The notes beneath the pieces are model-generated. The model was not told the DNA's origin and ran no database searches. It saw only the letters and a list, made by a program, of their open reading frames with translations. From a virus, in the IMG/VR virus record IMGVR_UViG_3300017978_000297, positions 1-22,512 of that record: DNA of 22,512 bases; one strand, 5' to 3'. Both the position numbers and the translations under genes were made by a program. Positions 16,242-22,512 of this stretch are shown here, in pieces; position 1 is the stretch's first letter, and each line of letters opens with the position of its first letter.

Positions 16242-16918
16242 CTTGATTTTTGTTTTAATTTATCGTATTCTCTTTGTTTACGTTGGTTATCTTCTTTGCG
16301 CCATGACATAAAGTTAAGTGCATTTCTAAAAGGTTGTTCAGCTATCTGATCTAATTTTAGCATGTCTTCATGTGCTAAATGAATTAAAACCTGATACCAA
16401 ACTCTTCGAGGATCTGCAGTTGGTTGAACTTCTTCATCATCCTCATCATCTTCATAATCTGCATCTGGTTCTCCATCTGACAGCAAACCTGCATAGATAC
16501 GATATATTTGTTTGCGCCAATTCGAGATCTGACCTAAAGCTTTGAGTGCAGCTGGCATTGGTGTTTGTAAACCACCATTAGCAAACTTTTCTAAAATTAG
16601 GTGTAACGATTTATTGACTCCATCATACATCCAAATATCTAAATCGATCCAATCACCAAAAGTCATAGCATCTAAATTTATAACTTTCAAATCTTCTGAA
16701 TCTTCGTATTCTAAAGCATATCTAATAAAAGAAACGCCTAATTCAAGCGCTTCTTCTGGTGCATCAACTAATTCACGTTCATCGATTTGTAATGCAACTG
16801 CTAATATTTTAGGCCAATATGCTTTTTCATTCATATCAAACTTGGCTATTTTTTGCCATTGCCCCACAGTCATTGCTTTTAATTCGTATGGCGTATCGTT
16901 TAATATTACTTGAATCAT
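16238..16918 (-). CDS. Hypothetical protein with an acidic central tract; the resemblance to a tail-assembly chaperone is speculative
   Basis: A 226-aa ORF following TerL. It has the acidic run DGEPDADYEDDEDDEE and a basic C-terminus. Confidence 0.4.
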   Translation of the reverse strand: MIQVILNDTPYELKAMTVGQWQKIAKFDMNEKAYWPKILAVALQIDERELVDAPEEALELGVSFIRYALEYEDSEDLKVINLDAMTFGDWIDLDIWMYDGVNKSLHLILEKFANGGLQTPMPAALKALGQISNWRKQIYRIYAGLLSDGEPDADYEDDEDDEEVQPTADPRRVWYQVLIHLAHEDMLKLDQIAEQPFRNALNFMSWRKEDNQRKQREYDKLKQKSR

Positions 16919-16957
16919 CTATATTAAATATAAAAAGTTAGAGATATGAATTATGTA

Positions 16958-18184
16958 TTATAATTTTATACCACCTACAGTATATTGACCTCTTGTACGA
17001 TTTGTTTTTCTGTTTTGGTTACAAATAGCTAAACTCATAACAGTATCATCATGTTGACCATTTGGCGCCGAATAAACAATACTTCGAGATTTAGGTGAGT
17101 ATGTGTATGTGAAGATTTCAAGCTCAAATGTTAATGGCGCAAAAAGCTGTTTAGATGGTATTGTAATAGCTCTGTTATTAAAGTCTAAAGCTAGATTTTC
17201 AATAATATCTTGCTTGCTTCTATTTGATGTGATAAACGGTTGGGTTTTAGACCATCTCTTTTTTAAAGATTCATAGACAACATCACCTAATCCATTAACT
17301 TCGACTAATAGGGATGCATCGTGTTTTTGAACTACTTGCAAGACTGCATCAATCATATATGACCAATCTCGTAGATTTTCTCTATAGATCTCAAGTACTT
17401 TGCCTTTTTCATCCATAATGGTCAAAACTGTGTAGTCATTAGCTCGACCTAAATCTAGACCAGCGTATCTTTTACCTTCAGCTTTTGGCCATGCATTAAC
17501 TGAACATTCTTCAAGGTTTTGAAATACAGTTTGACCTGAGTCTGTAAATTCTGCAAGATACTCAGCTCTAAAGATGTGTTCTGGCAGGGTTAGTTTGGCT
17601 TCTTCAATTTCTTTAATATCAACAAATGGATTTGACTCGTACGTCATTTTTACACTAGCATACGATTCATTTTCAGGATTTTGACCTAATTGAAACAAGT
17701 CATAGAATAGGTTTTTACCTCGAGGTGTTGAAATAAAAAGCACTTGTTTACCTTTAACTAATAAAATAGGTTTAATGACAGCATTCCAAACTGAATCTGG
17801 CATATATGCAAACTCATCGAGTACTGCATAGTCACATGTTAAACCACGTAAGTTATCTGGTCTTTCAACAGATCTAAATAATATCTTTGAACCATTCATG
17901 AATTTGATTTCAAAGCCAGATCTATTAACAGACTTGATCACATTCGAACCTTGCAAACCATCTGAAATCTCTTCAAGTGGTCTTTTAACTTGTGAATACG
18001 TTGGCGCTGCACAAAGTATAGTTACTCCTGGATTATTTAAAGCCCAATAAAGCATAATAGATTGAGACAAGAATGATTTACCAGTTTGTCGACTACCACA
18101 AACCACAACATATTTCTTACCTGCTTGGATCAGATCTATTACAGCTGCTTGACCTTCATGAAGTTGTGGTCCTTCTATTAACAT
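16958..18184 (-). CDS. terL: Terminase large subunit
   Basis: Walker A is VVCGSRQTGKS. The Walker B-like motif is CDYAVLDEFAYM. The C-terminal RNaseH-like nuclease motif is AGLDLGRANDYTVLTIMDE ... LLVEVNGLGD ... GQHDD. Confidence 0.9.
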   Translation of the reverse strand: MLIEGPQLHEGQAAVIDLIQAGKKYVVVCGSRQTGKSFLSQSIMLYWALNNPGVTILCAAPTYSQVKRPLEEISDGLQGSNVIKSVNRSGFEIKFMNGSKILFRSVERPDNLRGLTCDYAVLDEFAYMPDSVWNAVIKPILLVKGKQVLFISTPRGKNLFYDLFQLGQNPENESYASVKMTYESNPFVDIKEIEEAKLTLPEHIFRAEYLAEFTDSGQTVFQNLEECSVNAWPKAEGKRYAGLDLGRANDYTVLTIMDEKGKVLEIYRENLRDWSYMIDAVLQVVQKHDASLLVEVNGLGDVVYESLKKRWSKTQPFITSNRSKQDIIENLALDFNNRAITIPSKQLFAPLTFELEIFTYTYSPKSRSIVYSAPNGQHDDTVMSLAICNQNRKTNRTRGQYTVGGIKL

Positions 18185-18187
18185 ATA

Positions 18188-18526
18188 TTATTCTTGTGTA
18201 ATATCAAAGTCTTCAGATGGTTGAATCTTTTTACCAAATTCAAATTTGATATCGACCGGGCCACCTTCTGAATTAGTTAAACTGGTTTGAGTTAATTTAG
18301 GTACGAATCTCTCTGAAATTCTAACGATTAAATCAACTGCAGCTTTAGGATCATCAACTGCTATACGATCGATCATAGCACCTAAATTATCCATGCGTTC
18401 TTCTAATAGTAATGCAAAGGCTTCTTTGATTCTTGTCGTAACTTTATTTGGAGTACCTTTACTTCTACCTGGTCCAGATCCATGTTCAGCATTCCATTTT
18501 TGTATATTATTATTTGACGTGTGCAT
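18188..18526 (-). CDS. Putative terminase small subunit (DUF5681-like basic N-terminus)
   Basis: It lies immediately upstream of terL with a 3-nt gap. The motif GSGPGRSKGTPNKVT followed by a helical body is common in small-terminase-like proteins. The call is positional. Confidence 0.5.
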   Translation of the reverse strand: MHTSNNNIQKWNAEHGSGPGRSKGTPNKVTTRIKEAFALLLEERMDNLGAMIDRIAVDDPKAAVDLIVRISERFVPKLTQTSLTNSEGGPVDIKFEFGKKIQPSEDFDITQE

Positions 18527-18711
18527 TATTTAGTTGTTTTTTTAGTTCTCGGCTTTCTTTTAGGTTTAGGTTCTTCTAAAGTTGCAACTATTTTGTTTAA
18601 ACCGTCTAACCATTTTTGAATTTTAGACTCATCAATAGTTACTTTGTTTTCTGTTGGCTCTTCAGTAATTACCCAAATGCCATCTGTCTGTGTTAAATAA
18701 AATTCTTTCAT
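18526..18711 (-). CDS. Hypothetical small protein with a Lys/Pro-rich tail
   Basis: A 61-aa ORF whose stop overlaps the next start by 1 nt. The C-terminus is EPKPKRKPRTKKTTK. Confidence 0.4.
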   Translation of the reverse strand: MKEFYLTQTDGIWVITEEPTENKVTIDESKIQKWLDGLNKIVATLEEPKPKRKPRTKKTTK

Positions 18712-18729
18712 AGTAATAAATATAAATTT

Positions 18730-19260
18730 TTAATAATTTGATAGGATCCACTCTCTCATTTCATTAACTGCTGTAGAGATTGAGGTTCGAGCTATGCCTG
18801 TTTGGCGTGCTAATTCTGAATAATTTGGTGTCTCAAGATATAATTTAAACAGTTGAGCACGATACCAAAGTGCTGGATCCTTTGATGATAAACCAACGTT
18901 AAGTGCAGTTTCACATCTTTCAATTGTAATATCTAAATCATGATCGTATTGATCACGTGGAATATTATCGTGGTTACTGGTTAACCCAACCATTCTGCCT
19001 TTTTCTCTATAAATGGTATGATACTCACTTGTCGAAGATCTGTAAGCATTCATCATTGTTCTAACTATAAACCATCTAGCGCCACCGTCTTGAACTATGG
19101 CTTCTCTATTTTTATGCACCAAAAAGACCTCGATCACATAATGTGCAAGGTCTTCTGAGTTTTTAGAGCCAGCAATATTAATGGCCCATGATATTATGTC
19201 TTTATAATTCTGTTCTATCCACTGATTGGCTGTCATTAGCTTGATATGCCTCGTATGCAA
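18730..19260 (-). CDS. Sigma-70 family (ECF-like) RNA polymerase sigma factor
   Basis: Region-2-like: SEDLAHYVIEVFLVHK ... ARWFIVRTMMNAYRS. Region-4 HTH: RAQLFKLYLETPNYSELARQTGIARTSISTAVNEMREWI. The start could instead be the Met at 19236. Confidence 0.6.
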   Translation of the reverse strand: MHTRHIKLMTANQWIEQNYKDIISWAINIAGSKNSEDLAHYVIEVFLVHKNREAIVQDGGARWFIVRTMMNAYRSSTSEYHTIYREKGRMVGLTSNHDNIPRDQYDHDLDITIERCETALNVGLSSKDPALWYRAQLFKLYLETPNYSELARQTGIARTSISTAVNEMREWILSNY

Positions 19261-19438
19261 CTTTTAATCTGTCAAGCGTTGATCTTTGACAAGCGCCGCA
19301 TCCGTTTGGCTTTTTGTTTTCATTGTAAGTCTCATTATAAATTCTATATAATTCAGACCAATCTTCTCTTTTGATACTAACACGACCATACAAATATTGA
19401 TGATGATCTGCTAACCATTGATAATTTTCTGATGTCAT
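19202..19438 (-). CDS. Hypothetical small protein (CGAC motif)
   Basis: A 78-aa ORF in an operon-like array. I recognise no family. Confidence 0.4.
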   Translation of the reverse strand: MTSENYQWLADHHQYLYGRVSIKREDWSELYRIYNETYNENKKPNGCGACQRSTLDRLKVAYEAYQANDSQSVDRTEL

Positions 19439-19442
19439 AACA

Positions 19443-19724
19443 TTATGAGTTTAATTTTCTATCAATCCATTCGGCTGTAAATGATATAGTGCCTGAAATC
19501 ATGAGAGCTTCCATGGCGCTGTGAGCCATAAAACCAGATATTACTATACCAAACCAAAAACCTGTGCACATGCAGCAGCGGGTGAAGTCGGCGGTTATAC
19601 CTAAACCTTCTCTGATCCAGTTATATGGTTTAGAGTTTAATAACACAGCCCAAAAGGCCGCTAGCATGATACATTTAATTAGTAGTTCCATATTTGTTAA
19701 GATTGCGACTGTGATATAACTCAA
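19443..19724 (-). CDS. Small integral membrane protein (DUF1360-like C..C.GFW pattern)
   Basis: Hydrophobic segments are LIKCIMLAAFWAVLL, CCMCTGFWFGIVISGFMA and ALMISGTISF. The true start may be the Met at 19691, which would reduce the overlap with the upstream gene. Confidence 0.5.
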   Translation of the reverse strand: MSYITVAILTNMELLIKCIMLAAFWAVLLNSKPYNWIREGLGITADFTRCCMCTGFWFGIVISGFMAHSAMEALMISGTISFTAEWIDRKLNS

Positions 19725-19944
19725 AGTCTTTTATTATTTGTAGGTTTTCGTAGTTTTCAGTAGTTAAATATTTGGCTTTTAACCAATCTAAAAGAGCAAT
19801 CATAGGCATGCCAAAGTCAATTGAAGCATTGTTAATTAACATATACATGTAATTATAGCATTCAATCTTTTCTGAACGTTTCATGTCTTTGTATTCATCA
19901 TACGTAAACATGAATTCAAAGTCTGCGTCTTCGTTTTGAAACAT
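19675..19944 (-). CDS. Hypothetical small acidic protein, paralog of 20072..20308
   Basis: Motifs shared with the neighbour are DFEF(MF)TY(D/Q)EY..M, Y.L.NN, YE and KDF..Y. Confidence 0.5.
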   Translation of the reverse strand: MFQNEDADFEFMFTYDEYKDMKRSEKIECYNYMYMLINNASIDFGMPMIALLDWLKAKYLTTENYENLQIIKDFELYHSRNLNKYGTTN

Positions 19945-20071
19945 TATCCCCTGATTTTTTTTCGGTATATAGATCTTTTTAAATCTTCTTTAATCCTATG
20001 TATCTTTGTTTCAAAGCGTTGCCTTTTAGTTATATCTTGAGCGCTTTTAAACTCGATATTAATTATATAAT

Positions 20072-20308
20072 TTAGAAGTCGTCTTCGAAGTAATTCCTAA
20101 AATCTTTGAGTACTATAGCAAACTCATAGTGTTGATCCTCAATGGTTTGTTCAAATAACATATCATAAATCTCTCTTTGCGACATGTCATACGCTAAAGC
20201 TTCATTATTAAATAAAGCATAAAGGGCAAAGAATATTTGTTCTCTGTCCTTTATGTCCATATTTAAATATTCTTGATACGTAAATTCAAAATCAAATTGA
20301 TCTACCAT
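20072..20308 (-). CDS. Hypothetical small acidic protein, paralog of 19675..19944
   Basis: See the paralog entry. 78 aa, overlapping the upstream gene by 17 nt. Confidence 0.5.
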   Translation of the reverse strand: MVDQFDFEFTYQEYLNMDIKDREQIFFALYALFNNEALAYDMSQREIYDMLFEQTIEDQHYEFAIVLKDFRNYFEDDF

Positions 20309-20984
20309 CCTCTTTTGGTTTTATTACTTTATTATAATACCATTCTTTTTTCTTTTGTAATTGGCGCTCTCTGTTTTTTTCATACCATTCTCTGGCTTGT
20401 TGCTGTTTTAAACTTTTAGGTTTAGGTTCAGCTTTTGGTTTTTTAGGTTTATCTACCATACTGTGTGAGATATGTCGTTTTGTAAACACATCATTGTAGA
20501 TAGGTGCTAAAATATGGGTTACAGAAATCTTTGAAGACTTGTTATAACTTTTTGAATTTGCAGGTCTAATGATTGCAATCTCTGTAATTTCTTGTGTCTC
20601 ATCAACATTAGCTAATCTGCCTAGTAAATATGACCATATAAGGGCAGCTTCTTGTGATAGATCGTATTCTATACACTCAGTATAAATTGATCTTCTTCTG
20701 ACGTCTCCCATGTGTTCTGCTGCACAACGTAGAGTTACTTTGCCATCTACACCTCTAATAGTTTCAATCAAACCTAATTCTTTTAACTTCTTGGTCTCTT
20801 GAAATGCTTTGCCTTGTGGTGCATTGTAGTTAATTGTATCGATATCGTCGGTGTACATTTCAAAGTAATGATCTGGGCCATAAATAGCTGCAAACTTTGT
20901 TAATAAACCTATTAATAAAACTTGGCCTTCTTTGGGGTTGGTTGAAAGCCATTGGGAATAACTTGATGGTATGTATAGTTTCAT
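20292..20984 (-). CDS. wHTH-containing protein with a Lys/Pro-rich basic C-terminus; replication- or regulation-associated by inference
   Basis: QGKAFQETKKLKELGLIETIRGVDGKVTL looks like an HTH plus wing. The C-terminus is KPKKPKAEPKPKSLKQQQAREWYEKNRERQLQKKKEWY. It sits in the early/replication block. Confidence 0.45.
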   Translation of the reverse strand: MKLYIPSSYSQWLSTNPKEGQVLLIGLLTKFAAIYGPDHYFEMYTDDIDTINYNAPQGKAFQETKKLKELGLIETIRGVDGKVTLRCAAEHMGDVRRRSIYTECIEYDLSQEAALIWSYLLGRLANVDETQEITEIAIIRPANSKSYNKSSKISVTHILAPIYNDVFTKRHISHSMVDKPKKPKAEPKPKSLKQQQAREWYEKNRERQLQKKKEWYYNKVIKPKEDGRSI

Positions 20985-20986
20985 TT

Positions 20987-21352
20987 TTATTTATGTGTTT
21001 TAGACCAAGTTAAATTATCTACGTGATTGTTTTCTCTGTTACCGTCTATGTGTTTAACAAATCTGCAGTTATTTGGGTTTTCTAAAAAGTTTAGGGCTAC
21101 AAGACGATTAACGTATTCACCAGTTGGAATACCTAGCATTTTAGGAGATCCTGGTTTACCTTTCCAAAATTGGTTAACTTCTCTTTCACTAATCAAAGAC
21201 ATATCATCTCTGTAGTGTTTTAGGATTACTCTACCATGATCTGATATTAACCACTCTGATATCCCTACATATTCAGTCTTTGTGCCATTACTTTGTGGTA
21301 TTCTATAACCATAGGGTTTCTTTTTAAAGACTTTAAATTGTTCTGCTTTCAT
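20987..21352 (-). CDS. Free-standing HNH endonuclease
   Basis: VKHIDGNRENNHVDNLTWS is an HNH_3-type core. The upstream motif WLISDHGRV is NUMOD4-like. Confidence 0.75.
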   Translation of the reverse strand: MKAEQFKVFKKKPYGYRIPQSNGTKTEYVGISEWLISDHGRVILKHYRDDMSLISEREVNQFWKGKPGSPKMLGIPTGEYVNRLVALNFLENPNNCRFVKHIDGNRENNHVDNLTWSKTHK

Positions 21353-21491
21353 AAATTATATATTATTTCTTATTATTGTTTATTATTATCGTTTTTTTAT
21401 TTTTGGGTTTGTAGGTAGAAATTGAAGAAGAATGTGATGTGTTAGCATCATCATTTTTCTGGTTTATAATTCTTTTAGAATTATTTACCTT

Positions 21492-21558
21492 GTCCTCTGG
21501 GGATATACCTTTTTGTCCCAAAGGATATACCTTTTAGTCCCAAGGGATATACCTTTTA
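21492..21558. promoter_or_regulatory. Three tandem iterons of about 22 bp (core GGATATACCTTTT); candidate replication origin or operator array
   Basis: Copies are gtcctctggGGATATACCTTTTt (21492..21514), gtcccaaaGGATATACCTTTTa (21515..21536) and gtcccaagGGATATACCTTTTa (21537..21558). Cores start at 21501, 21523 and 21545, a 22-nt phasing. A very AT-rich tract of about 100 nt lies on the right side. Confidence 0.6.
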
Positions 21559-21689
21559 AATTTAATACCATATTCTTATTTGTTATTTTAAAGCAATTTA
21601 AAGAACTTTATTTTTTAGATAAGTATTTTTATTACTTTAATATTTGAGTTAAACCTGGTTATTCTGTGTAATTCAGGTAACGATCTAAC

Positions 21690-22385
21690 CTATAGGTCTA
21701 AAGTTTGTAACCAAGCATCTAGTTCTTCTGGCGTAGGGTCGTCTTTTAAATCAATATCGTTATTTGGTCTTTTATAATTTAAAGGTGTTAAATCATATTC
21801 AACGTCTATATCATTTAATGAAGAAAAATCAATAGACGTTTCTTCGTCTAGCTCTTTAATTCTTTCTTTATTATTTTCTTTATGTTTATTTAATTTCTTT
21901 ATATGTTTACCAGGGGTATCAGCTTTGTGCTCCCCGTTATCAGCTTTGTGCTCCCCGTTATCAGGTTTGTGCTCCCCGTTATCAGGTTTGTTGCTCTCTG
22001 TTATCAGGTTTTCATCAACTAACATGTTCTCTTGGTTATCAGCTTTGTGCTCCCCGTTATCAGGTTTGTAATCAGTAATAGCAGTAAAAGACAATGTAAA
22101 TTTATTATTTTTACTACCAGCTTTATTATTAGAATCTGGTATTATAATGCCATTTTTTGTTAATACTTTAAATTGTTTACATATTCCCATTCTACTAGCA
22201 TTCATTTTGTTTGCGTATGTTTCGTGTTTCCATGTAATAGAGCCATTCATTCTAATATCGTTCATCATTAAAGATACTAATATTTTTTGAAAATCAGATA
22301 AATTGCTTCTAGTTATAAATGGATAAAGCGGAGCATATTCTCCTTCATCCATTAGTAATTGTATAAATTCTTGATTTCGTGTCAT
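21690..22385 (-). CDS. Replication-initiator-like protein (lambda O-like layout): N-terminal wHTH, central heptapeptide repeats, acidic C-terminus
   Basis: The N-terminus, LSDFQKILVSLMMNDIRMNGSITWKHETYANKMNASRMGICKQFKVLTKNGIII, follows the Phage_rep_O-type wHTH pattern. The centre is KPDNGEHKADNQ...KPDNGEHKPDNGEHKADNGEHKAD. It is adjacent to the iteron-bearing intergenic region. Confidence 0.5.
   Translation of the reverse strand: MTRNQEFIQLLMDEGEYAPLYPFITRSNLSDFQKILVSLMMNDIRMNGSITWKHETYANKMNASRMGICKQFKVLTKNGIIIPDSNNKAGSKNNKFTLSFTAITDYKPDNGEHKADNQENMLVDENLITESNKPDNGEHKPDNGEHKADNGEHKADTPGKHIKKLNKHKENNKERIKELDEETSIDFSSLNDIDVEYDLTPLNYKRPNNDIDLKDDPTPEELDAWLQTLDL
21917..22073 (-). repeat. In-frame 21-bp tandem repeats inside the initiator-like gene
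   Basis: Exact copies of tatcagctttgtgctccccgt lie at 21917..21937, 21938..21958 and 22037..22057. A one-substitution copy is at 21959..21979 and a degenerate copy at 21980..22000. Partial copies are at 22001..22013 and 22058..22073. Confidence 0.9.
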
Positions 22386-22466
22386 TTGTTATTATGTTGT
22401 TTTTATTTCATACGCGATATTGTGTATGAATAGGATCGATTCGAATTGTTCTAATTTTGTCATGTT

Positions 22467-22512
22467 ACTTGATTTTTGTTTTATAATATCCTGTTTCTAC
22501 TCGTTCTAATGC
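22467..22512. repeat. Terminal direct repeat, copy 2 (identical to 1..46)
   Basis: 46/46 nt identity with the window start. It also duplicates the last 15 codons of the junction-spanning wHTH gene, whose TAA occupies 22465..22467. Confidence 0.95.

Noticed and set aside
21386-21454. 22-aa ORF (MMMLTHHILLQF...) and a weak inverted repeat in the origin-proximal intergenic region
   Set aside because: It is very short with no conserved features. It sits in the AT-rich region more plausibly used for origin or promoter function.
21648-21682. Imperfect inverted repeat (gttaaacctgg...ccaggtaac-like) just after the stop of the initiator-like gene, considered as a terminator
   Set aside because: The stem is only about 5 contiguous bp (acctg/caggt) with bulges, and no T-tract follows in minus-strand sense.
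21917-22073. Possibility that the 21-bp repeats form a CRISPR-like array
   Set aside because: The repeats are directly abutting with no spacers, lie in frame within a long ORF, and no cas genes are present.
22392-22463. 23-codon ORF (MTKLEQFESILFIHNIAYEIKTT) between the junction-spanning wHTH gene and the initiator-like gene
   Set aside because: It is too short to support from sequence alone. Its tight coupling (TAAcATG upstream, 6 nt to the next ATG) makes it worth a ribosome-profiling check, but I do not call it a gene.

Overview
The window looks like a complete, circularly closed genome of a small, AT-rich tailed dsDNA phage. The first 46 nt (1..46) are identical to the last 46 nt (22467..22512), so the unique length is 22,466 bp. 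A minus-strand gene that runs off the left edge finds its stop codon exactly across that junction. Every credible gene is on the minus strand, about 33 CDS packed tightly with frequent 1-20 nt overlaps. Ribosome-binding leaders are A-rich and lack Shine-Dalgarno motifs.

Gene order in the direction of transcription (high to low coordinates, wrapping through position 1):
- HNH-AP2 homing endonuclease, then a small wHTH protein.
- A replication-initiator-like wHTH protein carrying in-frame 21-bp repeats (21690..22385).
- A 337-bp intergenic region with three 22-bp iterons, the likely origin.
- A second HNH endonuclease, a 230-aa wHTH protein and several small proteins, including a tandem paralog pair.
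- A sigma-70/ECF-like factor.
- TerS-like and TerL.
- Neck and tail genes, including a 1068-aa tail protein with SprB-type and DUF5977-type repeats.
- A terminator, then a tape-measure-like protein.
- An XkdF-type prohead protease with an inserted MuF-like segment, then scaffold and major capsid protein.
- A tail-tube-like protein, then a terminator.
- Portal and adaptor-like protein.
- Two small membrane proteins.
- A collagen-like tail fibre and a 56-aa coiled-coil ORF, followed by a double terminator.

The SprB/DUF5977-type repeats, the absence of SD motifs and the low G+C point to a Bacteroidota (Flavobacteriia) host; this is inference. I recognise no DNA polymerase, primase, helicase, integrase, tRNA, CRISPR array or endolysin.

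All family assignments come from motif recognition by eye. No database search or computation was run.
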